A stretch of 64,000 bases of DNA from Yuukianura sp. NJ FZ-2021 (Eukaryota), in contig CM102288.1 in assembly GCA_046563655.1 (NCBI GenBank), positions 5,580,001 to 5,644,000 on the forward strand, read 5' to 3'. This document shows positions 12,339-23,565 of this stretch, in pieces. Made by a program: the position numbers and the translations under genes. Numbering within the stretch: the first letter of the stretch is position 1; each line of letters opens with the position of its first letter. The notes below the pieces were generated by a model. It was given only the letters and a program-made list of their open reading frames with translations, did not search any database and had not been told where the DNA came from.

Positions 12339-14738
12339 TCACCCTCTCACTTTGTCAACTCCAGCAGACGTAGGAAACGGGAGTGTTTTAGTTTGTGATT
12401 GTTGGAAATGGCGTAAAATAGCAATTTGCCAACCATTGCATGCAGATTTCACTCGAACCAAGCAAAAATAAATCAATGATTTCAGTTCATAAAGAAATAG
12501 TAGCATACACAAACACAAACCTGACAGCATCATGTAAAAACACGTAATGATGTTACCGTCTAAATTGAGTTTCTTGGGTTTAGCCTTCACGAATTTTGTT
12601 TTCTCATGCTCATTAATGACCTTGTCTCGGAAGGATGGCCTAGTTATGGGTACCCATTTTGCCCATAACTGGTAAATACCAGAAGAGAAAAGTAATTGTA
12701 ACCTTCTGTACTCATGGCTATGCAAAACATGGTACCCAAGAGAAATTGTACGTAGAGGTTCCACTCCTTTGCGGAAACGGGCATACTGTGCGGCAGAATC
12801 CAACCTCTTGCGTCGCACTCTGGTCTCGTAAAGGGCCAAATACAAATCCAACTTTGACTCCGTTGACAACACGGCCGTTTTGGAACAAAACCCAGCCATT
12901 TCTAAAAGTCTTGTAATTTTAGTCGTAAAGTCGAGACGTGTTTCAAAAAACATAGCACTGGGACATCCAACAACAAGGTTTACAGGATAAGGTTGAGTCA
13001 AGCTCAACCTGTCTGGTAAACTTCTTTTTCTCGTATCATTGATATAATAGTATGTAAAAATAGTTAAACAATTCTGCAATATACTAACATAATCCCAACG
13101 TAATCCTGGACTATTTAAACATTGAAATGCTCGTGACTCGGTGAAATGTGCTAGTCGCTTCAAAGCTGTATTCTCAGCAATTTCTTTTCGGAAGTAATCT
13201 AGAGAAGGTTTGAGAACTATTCCGTAATTCTCCTGTTTTCGGCACTCACAAAAATAAAGTGTCTGTAGTTGCTCCGTGGAAAAATCATACTGTTGGTAAC
13301 CATGCAATACCAACCTTTCTCGTGTGTAATAATACCCTTCCCTGTCGGTTAGCACCACAAAGTCCTCCAACTGACTGAACCTTTGGTACATTTGTTCAAT
13401 GGGTTTTGCAGCAGTCAAGTACGATACAACTACTCCCTTGTATGCATTTGTCAGAATAACAGTCATCAGGAACCACAAACTAACAACAAAAATTCTACCA
13501 TTTCGGGCTAATTTTTGTTGCGGGTTAGAGGATATTTCAAAAAAACTTCCGAAATATACAAACAAAAAGTCTAAACACATCGGAACAGAATGTTTAAATT
13601 CAAACGTTGTGTTTGAGTGGACATGGATTACCCAAGTAGCACAGAATGTGAGTAAGACTCCCGTTAGAATTAGTGTATTCCACGACCACTTATCGTACGG
13701 TTTTGTATAAATTTCAAAACTGAGCATGTCAATTATACCGTCACAAGTGAAGAAACTTATGTTTTCCATTCTAACTGGAGCAAAAGACCGATTGTAGTAA
13801 GTGTGCGTCGAAAGTAGATCTAATCCTTTCGCTTCTTTGCGAATCCAAAACTCGTATTCTTCCTCGAGTGTTTTGAAACCTTGTAAATTTATAGTATTGA
13901 GCTTGTATCGTAAAAGTAATTGAATGTATTCATGTAGAGTTAGTAAATTTGCCAAGCGTACAAGCGGTTTGAACGGGTTTAAAAGTTTGGCGACGTAGAG
14001 CTCAACCTGCATAGATAAATTTTTACGCGAATGGAAGTCCCTTGCTGCCCGTAAGGCGATGGCTGGAATCTCCTTTTGAAAGCGGTTCAGCGACAATGTT
14101 TTGGTGGCGCTCAACAAGCACGAAAATTTTACTCTAGAATATTCAAAATATATTTCGGAAATTACAAATTCCGTGTTGCTATTATTGTCTTGTGTGAGTC
14201 TATACAGTAGAGTAAGTTCATGAAAAAATAACAGTGGATACGAGTGCATTCTGATGTTGCTGGTAAAATCACTTTTGGAATTATTCCAATTGATGACGTG
14301 AATCGAATAGCCAAAATTTCTCATTTGATGGCCGTATTTTGATTCGACTCCATAATGTGATTTGAAACAAGAAGCGAACTGAGATGACCCGCGGTATTTC
14401 AGCTGTCCACGAATACTGTTTGGAAATAAGAGAAAAATCTCCAAGTAATTTAGTTTTTTACCACTAATGTGCACGTTATCTATTTGGCCCCAGCTACCAT
14501 AAGCACTTTCACAGTTTCCATGTGCGTAGTGCATGTAGTACAACTTGACGGGAACGGCAAAACCTGAAGTAATCTCAGGTTGCTGAATGTTCTCGGCAAT
14601 GATGAAGTTGTCACTGTGTTCAAATTGGTTTACCAGTTCATGGAAGTTCACAATGTGGAACGTAGGTTTTTGGGCAATGGCTGAAGTAAGTAAACAAAAA
14701 CTTAAAGTTGCAAACGAATTTAACACAAAAGTGAACAT
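12339..14738 (-). CDS. Divergent ionotropic receptor (IR/iGluR-like), intronless, 799 aa
   Basis: Signal peptide; pre-M1 PYDKWSW followed by a TM; M3-like WFLMTVILTNAYKGVVVSYLT; S2-like LFSSGIYQLW; M4-like KLNLDGNIITCFYMMLSGLCLCMLLFLYEL. Confidence 0.75.
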   Translation of the reverse strand: MFTFVLNSFATLSFCLLTSAIAQKPTFHIVNFHELVNQFEHSDNFIIAENIQQPEITSGFAVPVKLYYMHYAHGNCESAYGSWGQIDNVHISGKKLNYLEIFLLFPNSIRGQLKYRGSSQFASCFKSHYGVESKYGHQMRNFGYSIHVINWNNSKSDFTSNIRMHSYPLLFFHELTLLYRLTQDNNSNTEFVISEIYFEYSRVKFSCLLSATKTLSLNRFQKEIPAIALRAARDFHSRKNLSMQVELYVAKLLNPFKPLVRLANLLTLHEYIQLLLRYKLNTINLQGFKTLEEEYEFWIRKEAKGLDLLSTHTYYNRSFAPVRMENISFFTCDGIIDMLSFEIYTKPYDKWSWNTLILTGVLLTFCATWVIHVHSNTTFEFKHSVPMCLDFLFVYFGSFFEISSNPQQKLARNGRIFVVSLWFLMTVILTNAYKGVVVSYLTAAKPIEQMYQRFSQLEDFVVLTDREGYYYTRERLVLHGYQQYDFSTEQLQTLYFCECRKQENYGIVLKPSLDYFRKEIAENTALKRLAHFTESRAFQCLNSPGLRWDYVSILQNCLTIFTYYYINDTRKRSLPDRLSLTQPYPVNLVVGCPSAMFFETRLDFTTKITRLLEMAGFCSKTAVLSTESKLDLYLALYETRVRRKRLDSAAQYARFRKGVEPLRTISLGYHVLHSHEYRRLQLLFSSGIYQLWAKWVPITRPSFRDKVINEHEKTKFVKAKPKKLNLDGNIITCFYMMLSGLCLCMLLFLYELKSLIYFCLVRVKSACNGWQIAILRHFQQSQTKTLPFPTSAGVDKVRG

Positions 14739-15043
14739 AGTTGGAGAAATTGAAGTTCAATGTTTTGTATACTTGTTGTCTGTTTGCCACCCTGATACAA
14801 AAATGCCCGCTTCTAAAAGAAACGATGTACTTCACCTTAACTTTCCTAAAATTAATTGCGTATTGTATGGAATAAATAACTATGAGTTTCACATTTTTAC
14901 ATATTTGTTCTGCATGCGATGACAACTCCATTTATTATTCAAATATGTCAGAAGTGGGCGGAGCATAGCTTTTTAGCAGAGAAGGAAAAACCGAACTCTT
15001 TGTGGAACACGCCTACACGTATGCTCCATGTCAAAATATACGT

Positions 15044-16654
15044 TTACCACATCATCCTCTTGGGCCCCATGGGTGTATCCCAGGAGCCGTACAAGTACTT
15101 GTAAATCGTCACTGCGTTAACCGCCGTGTACAACAAAAATTGGGCCGCTAGATGGCGCCATCCCACACCATGCAAATGAAACTGCAAGAAGAGGAAGGGA
15201 GGAACAAAGTAGCGGAATTCAAGCAGAAGCTGCGGAACGACATTCAGAGCTACGCAGACGCCAAACAAAAGTTTCTCTAGAAAACTCCCGCTCATTTTTG
15301 AAAACAAACCGAACCCAAGGAACACATAGACGGGAACTAAAAAGTACTTGAGCAGAGGGCACCACAAGCAAATGGAACAAGCTACGTAGCGTGCGTAATG
15401 CTTGGGATTTCCCACATGGAAATGGTGTAGCATGCACTTATAATGGACAATGGCAATACCTGTTAAAAATAAAAATATGGCAAGGTTTCGATGTTTTTTT
15501 AAATTTTCTAAAATTTGGCGCCACTGAGTAACTAGGAGAGGAATTTGGTAGAAGCCGCAGAATAAAAGAAAGTAGCCAAATTGGGGTAAGTTGAGACAAG
15601 CGTGGTGGTTACTCCTGTCGCCTACGACTATACCGTCATTCCAGATTACAAAAACTACAAAGCCAACTAACACAACTAAGTAGGTAAAACTTTGTTTTAA
15701 AAAAGTTACAAAAAATTTAACACAAATTTTGAAAATTACGGAAATTCTGAAATTTTGAAACACTAATCGCAACTGAACTGCTGAAATTTCACCAGACGAA
15801 GTCAGGAGACCTTCGGTTTTGGCACTGCGTAGAAACGTCAATCCAAAATGCCAACAAACCCAGACAATGTTCGTCTGTCTTGTCAGTACTGCCAGGGCAC
15901 CTAAAAGTTTCAAATTTTGAAAAATAAAAGTTTTTTTTTTTTTTTTCAAAATTTTAACAAATTCTGAAATGTTACCAAAACTTGCAGACATGTTGGTAGA
16001 ACCAATGAGGAAGTAGTAATGCATGAGCAGCAGTAGTAGAATTGAAAGGCTCTCGGTGTAGTACAGAAAAAAGTAGAAAAAGAGATTTGGAAAAATTGCT
16101 AGCGTTGCAGTTGCGAAAATCCTACGACTTTTTTCCATTTCCTGAAAATTTCAGAACAAGTTTTTCACAAAATTCAAAATTTGCAAATCTAAAACATATT
16201 ATGTTAGAATTACTGGAAATCTTATTGTGAAAATGACGTAGATCATGTGAAATATTCCAAAACCGTAGATTAAAGTGAGGAATCGGAGTTGCGTAATTGA
16301 ACACAAATTTCGAATTTCGAAAAAGAAATTAACTGGTTTCAAAATTCCAACTGAAAACAGATACAGTCCTGGTAGCGTCGTTATTTTTTGATTCCACTGA
16401 AACAGAAAAGCATTGGTTGTTGCAGTTTCAAAATTTTGAGTTTTCAAAAATCATCATGTTTACTTTTTTTAAAATTCAAAATGTGTTTTTGAAATTCCTA
16501 CCTCTTGAAAATTTCCGTTGCAGTAGACTTTGGTTTGGTTCCAGTGCGGCTTCTCATCCCCACTTGGAGCTGGAACCATTCTACTGTGTTCCGAATACAG
16601 CCACGCACAAATTACAACGAAAATTCCAAAAACGAGATTCAACTGATGAGACAT
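15044..16654 (-). CDS. ALG10: Dol-P-Glc alpha-1,2-glucosyltransferase (ALG10/DIE2 family), divergent, multi-exon
   Basis: Motifs YCNGNF|QWNQKITTLPGLY, FPNLFFYFFLYYTE, RQTNIVW, WNDGIVVGDRSNH, VPQLLLEFRYF, terminal RMMW. Confidence 0.85.
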
Positions 16655-17163
16655 TTTTGTGGAAAATATTTTTTTGTACTCTTTTTTTAAAAATCCAAGT
16701 CAGCAGTGTGCAAAATGTCGAATTTTGAGACTGAAGAAAACTTTTACACTCGCAACCTGACTTGACCTCGCATGTTCTTATGAAATAGCTTACATTTTAA
16801 CTGACCTTCGACTTAACTTTAAACGTTGAATTAGCATGAACTAATCGTTAACTCACAAATTACCGAAAGACTGCAGAAAATGGGACTGTTTCTTATTAGT
16901 TTCTTATTAGGGAAATTAGTTTCTTAAAGAATTTTAGTTGGTCTAAGAATTTTGAGAGCAAAGTGTTATCTTCTGACCAATTAATAAACAAAACTGCATG
17001 CTCAAACAAAAACTATGGTGCTAAAACAATAAAATGATAAAGACTAAAGTAAACTGGAGTCTATAACTTATGCTTACATGGAAGTCATTCCAAAGACTAG
17101 GTATGTCTAAAATGCTGTATATTGGTAGTAAGTTAGAAGTGACGCTTCTTTAGGCTAAAGTCT

Positions 17164-19982
17164 TCAATTGACGCTGCTGTCGCGTTCCTCAATCAAGAAG
17201 GAATCTTCGTACTGGCTTGGGTTAATCTCGGAATTCAAAATTCGGATTTTGATCTCTCCGTACATTTCCGTCTGAGTCATTTCCACATTCTTGTGGGCTT
17301 GATGCTCTAAAACACGTTTTGAAACAAAAAAAATAATTACTAATGATTTCAGGTGATTTGAAAGAAAACAGTTTTTAGAAGTGTCAAGCTTACTGAGCAG
17401 GCCAAGGAAGATTCGAGCTGCGACGATACGTTCAGTGCCAAGTGGTACAAGATCCGTAAAAGTGATAGTTCTTCCAGCAGGAAGTTGACCTCCGACAACT
17501 CCTTCGTTAGCAGTGACATCGATGTCCATGGGTTCCGGTGCTGGCTCAACCCCAGCAGCTCCTCCTTGGATCGACCGCCGTGGACTTGCCAGCATCGAAA
17601 ACTCAACTCCGCCGCCAACACCACTTCCATTCAACTGCGCTGATTGGTCTAAAGCTCCCAAGTCTCCAAGAAGTCCGGCGCTTCGACTAGCAGTAGCCTC
17701 TCTGCAAGACAAAACATAAATCTTAGAGCTTATAAGTCGAATAGTATAGTATTAGTATAGTTATACTTATAATTATATCATAATAATGAATTGCAATATA
17801 TTATTTTTACAGATCAGCGCGTGAAGCAACTTCGGCTCGACTTGGCTCTCCAATTTCAACGTCTGCGAGTACGCCAGAGACAGCATCATCTGCTGATTGT
17901 TGTCCTCGAAGCTGCTCTTCTTCACGCGTGTTTTTCAAGGAATCTCGCAGTGGAAAATTTTCAGAAAGTCCACGCACCATACCACTCAAATTCATTCCAA
18001 GCTTCCGGCCAGAATTTTCAATTGAAGGTAACCCGGGAGCCCAGTCTTTTAGAAGATGTCGAGGCGTTCTGATGTGCGCTGGGAACTTGTCAGTCTAGAA
18101 ACCACACAACTAACTCAGTAAAGGCACGTTAAATAACTTAGCATAAATCGATGCTCTTTAAACTTACAACTTGAACAAGAAGAATATCCACCGCCATAGC
18201 TGCCTGGGCCTCCCGCATCTTTTTCGTCGGAACTTCCTTTTCCGTGTCGAACGTGAGACGACGACCTTGACGACGTCGCCGTGGTTCCACTTGAGCAGGT
18301 TCCAAGGTTGGGAAAGAGTCCGGTTCCTAAAGTTAAAGCAATTAATCGATTAATCGAATAACTAACCGAAAAGTTTTTTTGGAGGAAATTTTTTGAACAC
18401 ATTTTCGTAAATCATGCACAGCATTTATAAAGTTTTGCAAGATTGAAAGAACTTACCCCTTGACCAACCGGAACTGGTGCAGTATCTGCCTGGATGTAAA
18501 CATTTGGACTCCGAGTAGAAGCAATTCGAGCCAGATTTCGTTCACTAGAATCCGCAGCGGCAGTAGTGTTCTTTCGACGTGGAGTTCGAGCTGAAGTGGG
18601 CTGAACATGATCTCCAGAGAACATCGTTTGAAAAGCATCGCCTTGCCCAATGTCAAGGTCCTGTGGAGCTTCAACGTTCTGCAGATCGTGTGAAGTTACT
18701 GGCGGTGGAGAGAGTGCATCCAAGTTAGGATCCAGAATTGTGTGGCCGGTGGTATCCAGAGTCCGGTTTCCATTGTAGCCCATATTAGCTTCACCCTCTT
18801 CATCACCATGAATTTCAACTACTTTGGCGGTGAGCATTCTGATAATCTCAGCATCAGACGGAATCGGGATTTGGGGTGTTGTGGATCTCCGTCTCCCCCT
18901 AGTAGCTGACGTGGTAGTGTTGTCCACAGTGGGTACTTCGCCGGACACGAGATTCTCGTCGGGATTTTGAAGTGGTGTTACTTCCCGCTGGGAGGCTAAA
19001 AATATCCCGAGAAAGTGAGTAAAGCTGTTCATAATTCTTTTGCATTGCTAGCAGCGCTGTATTGCACAGTGTTCTTGTTACCTTGCCTTCCTCCTTTTCC
19101 TTGTCGCCTTTTGGTTCCCGTTGTTGCAGGTCTCTGCATCTGAGGTGCCGGGCTTGCCCTAAAATATAAACAAACATACATTAGTAAGGTGTACTTGACT
19201 TTAAAAAAAAAATAATACACAAAATGTTAATTTGGAATCAAAAACTTATGGAAATATGTCTATCGACAGCTGATCATAGAAATATTTATATTACATGCTT
19301 CTGTGATCAGCTGTCTACAGTTAGCAAAAATAGACATTAATTTCACTATTTCGTACCCGAGCTCGTCATCTGGGTTCCGCATTTGCGGCATGACCCCGGT
19401 CACCGGATCAGGAAATATGGAATACACATACTGATCTCTGGTTAGTTCTGCGCGCAGTTGCTTCGCCTCACCTGAAAGTATAAGCAGTCTTCCCATCATA
19501 CAATTCGGTTAAATCTTGAGATGGCTATTAATTGGAAGCTCTTACGTATGTAGTGGTCCAATTTCCAATTAGCTATTTTGATCATCCCGCTAAACACTGA
19601 TAGGAGTCTGTGGAAAGAGACATTGGTTGTTTCATCGAAGAAGTGGCGAGAAGGGACGTACGGACGAATCTGCCGCCTAAATGAGAGAATCACAATCAAA
19701 AACATATTTTTAAAGCTGGATAGTAAGGCTCTCACGGTGAGAGTCTCACCACATCTCCGATTCATTGAATTCAAGGATGTGTTTCAGAAACCGCCTTCTT
19801 CTGACTCCATTGTCGAGACATCCTGTACCCACAAGCCAAGGAAAATGGAAAAGCCCATCCTCAGGGACAAGCAAATCCACTGTAATTGGGTCTGGTCGTT
19901 GTCGATTCGGAAGACCATCGGCTTCTTCTTGTTCCGGAGTTGGTGTTTTAGGTGGAGAGACGTACTCGCTGTACTCCGACAT
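17164..19982 (-). CDS. Rad21/Rec8-family alpha-kleisin (cohesin subunit), highly divergent, multi-exon
   Basis: N-terminal LLVPEDGLFHFPWLVGT...ILEFNESEMCRQI...VSFHRLLSVFSGMIKIANWKLDHYIREA matches the Rad21_Rec8_N pattern; C-terminal ITFTDLVPLGTERIVAARIFLGLL|KHQAHKNVEMTQTEMYGEIKI matches the winged-helix pattern; long disordered S/T/R-rich linker. Confidence 0.65.
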
Positions 19983-21677
19983 AGTTTCGAACCCACCGTA
20001 CCTGAACGTCTGATTTGTTACTGTCAGTGAGATTCTACGATTCAACAGATAACGATGACGGTGTGAGACAACAATTGAATTCAATTTTCAGAATGTCTTA
20101 CCGTCACCTCGTCCAGCTCCTCGTTCTTCTTCCTTTGTTTCTTTGTTCAAGGCAGCTCCAGCGTCAGTCTCCTCAACTCAGCGTCTCTCTTTTTCGGTTG
20201 GCACAATCTTTAACACGCTTTATTGTAACCACAGCAGGCGTTCTGTGGTAAGTAGCAACTAAGCTAGACTAGCTTTGATTAACGTCAGATACTTAACCTA
20301 AAGAGGCACCACAAATTACTATTCAGTGTAGTTTCCTGTGGTAGTCGTAGAGTAACGAGTAACTTGCTACACCGTACGGTTCAAACTAATTCCATTCAAC
20401 GCTACGCCAACTGACTCTCGCATTAGAATCTGTGGGGTGACCATTCCTCGGAATTCCTGGATACGCTTTTTAAACCGGAATTACATTTGTTGTAACCACG
20501 CATTGATTCGCAATAGTTCAACTTTTCTCATAACTTTTAATAGGTTAGGTCTATTTAAATATTTTGGAAAACTGTTTTCCTAAATTCCTTCGATTTTATT
20601 TTTGACAATCCCTCATTTCAATTAGTGGTAGCTTATTGTATTAATTTATCAAAATTTATGCTAATAGTTTTTTAATAATGGTTCATCTTCTAACATAGTT
20701 TCGAGATTTCGAGTTCAATATTAATACCTATAAGCATCTAACGTAAAATACTTTTTTTAAACAAAAAGTATTATAATATTGCCTCCGTGAAGCAGTATTC
20801 TGACAAATTTTTTAAGAAATTGAAAATTTTATTTATTAATGTCAAGAACTCACGAACATCTGTCATTTTTATCGTTTGAAGCATTCCGTCCTCCACACAT
20901 TGTTTAAATTCGAAAAATACCTTCCAAAAAAAGACAAACCATAAAATTTATTTGATTCGACAGGAAAAAAAACTTCCTCCAATACGAATCAAGCAACTCG
21001 CCCTTGAACGTTTGGGCGGAAGTTGAATTTTTTAAACTTCCTTATTCCCGGTGTTTCACATGATTTATGGAACATAAATCGATGTCTACGTGTACCAATC
21101 AAATTCCGACAACGTGAGGACACAATGTCACAATTTTAGTTGCAATTTTAAAGGGAATATCAGCAGATTGCATTCAATTTCGAACTTTGACTTTCGAAAT
21201 GGTGTCATGAACATTCGACAGAAGGGTGTAAAAGTATTTACGCAATAGATGGCTAACATTTTAGAGAAAAACGATTAATGTGAAGGCCATTCACTGTCTA
21301 AAATGGCTAAACTTTCAACTGACCTTCCTAATGACCATCAATACACAAGTGTTCTATGGCAACGTGTCACAAAGAGTAGTAAATTTTCATGATACTACTT
21401 CGAACGAAACATACACATTTTTTATATATTTTAAAATCCAACTTTTTGAATTCTGAAAATGTAACTGGCTCTTTTAGGTATTTGAGAGAGGTATTAGAGG
21501 GAATAAAATATTATAATTGTTTTCTGTACGGCGTTTAACATTACTGTTTTGAAACAATTTTCTGACTTTGATGTTTTGATGTTTATGTGTTTTTATTATT
21601 TAGCCATAACTTTTACGAATTTCCCGTTTTTCATAACTTCAACCATGGGAAAATAATGAATCCTACAAATCGTCCCC

Positions 21678-21684
21678 TATATAA
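21678..21684 (+). promoter_or_regulatory. Candidate TATA box of the subtilase gene
   Basis: TATATAA about 100 nt upstream of the ATG at 21786. Confidence 0.35.
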
Positions 21685-21785
21685 TTCCTGACAGCATCGA
21701 ACAAAGTCAAAAAACGATTCTCACACTTTCTAGAACAAATACACACTTTAACAAAAATTGAATAACGCACCTAGAAATCGGTAGA

Positions 21786-23370
21786 ATGACATTACTTTTC
21801 TATCTAATCTGTGGAATAGTTTTGAACTCAGCGTTGACTTTCGGTTTTGAGCGGAAAGTAGATCATGGTGTAACGCAGTCGCTGATGGCTAACGGCAGAG
21901 TTGCTGTCTTGATTTCCTTTGAAAACACGAATGGAGTGCTCTCTAGCCTGGCACAGAAAAGACAGCAGAAGAAACCTGGCATCGCCGCAATGGAGGTGTA
22001 CGAGACCCTGACCTCACTTGCCAACAGGTCACAGGCAACAGTTCTCACTCTTCTCAAATCTGACCAAAAGTTGAACTCGGTCAAGGTCAAACCGCTGTGG
22101 ATATCAAACCAACTCTACATTGAGGCTGCCGATGCTCCACTCATCGCTAGGATTGCAAAAATTGAGCAAGTGAAAAGAATCCATCAAGAAATCACGATTC
22201 CATTGAATGTACCGATTCATGCTGCAGTTTCTGAAGATTGGAAAATTGGCGACAGCGTTTGGGGCATTGAGAGAATGATGGTCAAGGAGGCATGGGCAAT
22301 TGGTGGAACTGGAGAAGGGGTAACCGTTGGAATCATTGACACCGGTGCAAGATCAACTCACGAAGCAATTAAAGATAGCTACCGTGGTGATTCTCACTCG
22401 TGGTATGACCCGTATTTCAAAAGCCAAATCCCAAGTGATGTTGAGGGACATGGGACTCATGTAACAGGAACAATCGCTGGCAGGTAATCAAAGAGCGTTT
22501 CGGTTGACATATGTAAGATAATTTTTAACAATTTGAGTTAATTTTGGTTAGGTATGGAATTGGCGTTGCTCCGGGTGCCAAGTGGGTTGCATGCAAGGGA
22601 TTTGGTCCATTTGGTGCATTGGAGTCCGCACTACTAGAATGTGGTCAGTTCATGCTTTGTCCACACAAATACGACGGAAGCGAACAGGATTGCGCGAAGG
22701 CTCCACATGTCGTGAGGTTAGTTCAAATTACACTGAAATGCAATATTTATGGTTGGAAAATTTTTAATATATGCCTGCATTTTTCAACTTGTATAATCTT
22801 TACAGCAACTCCTGGGGAGGAACCGGTGGAAACCAGTTTTATGATGCAGTGATACGAGCTTGGCATGCGGCGAACATCATTCCGGTTTTCGCAGTTGGGA
22901 ACGATGGGCCTCAATGTGGAACCATTTACTCTCCTGCCGATTCTCTGGCTGGTGTTATCTCGGTTGCAGCCACTACTCCAGCAGATGGGATTGCATGGTT
23001 TAGTTCCAGAGGACCATCATTCTTTGAAGGTCAACAGAAACCTGACATCTCTGCCCCTGGACTCAATATCATTTCTGCCGGAATTGAACATGATGATGAT
23101 TACCAATTTAACTCTGGGACATCAATGGCATGTCCGCATGTGGCGGGAGTCATCGCACTTTTTAAATCAATTTGCCCATCATCAGATTTTGAATTTCTAA
23201 AAAATGTCCTAACCACTAATACTGTGCAAAACCTGACCTTTTCAGCAAGTGACCAGGACTGCGACGTCAACAATGGTTATAAATTTCCTAATAACGTGTT
23301 TGGCAGTGGACGTGTCGACGCTTTGAATGCAATTCGGGAAGCTTCAGAGCGTTGTATAAATAACGCCTAA
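21786..23370 (+). CDS. Secreted subtilisin-like S8 serine protease (bacillopeptidase F-like), 3 exons (21786-22483, 22552-22716, 22806-23370), ~475 aa
   Basis: Signal peptide and prodomain; catalytic triad VGIIDTGA / GHGTHVTGT / SGTSMACPHVAG; GIGVAPGAKWVACKG, VSNSWGG, oxyanion-hole AVGNDGP, FSSRGP, KPDISAPG, PNNVFGSGRVDA. Confidence 0.92.
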
Positions 23371-23565
23371 GCTACTTACTATGTAGTAAAACCAGTAACA
23401 AGAATTGAAATGAATAAGCAATTCAGAAGACCTAGCCTAAGTTTTCTTTGGTTTTCAAATATGAATAAATCAACACTTTAATGCCATCAAGCTATAGGTT
23501 GCTCAACCTCACCGTTAACCCAAACACAGGTACTTGGCTTCACGCTTGACTGGTAGAACGCATTG

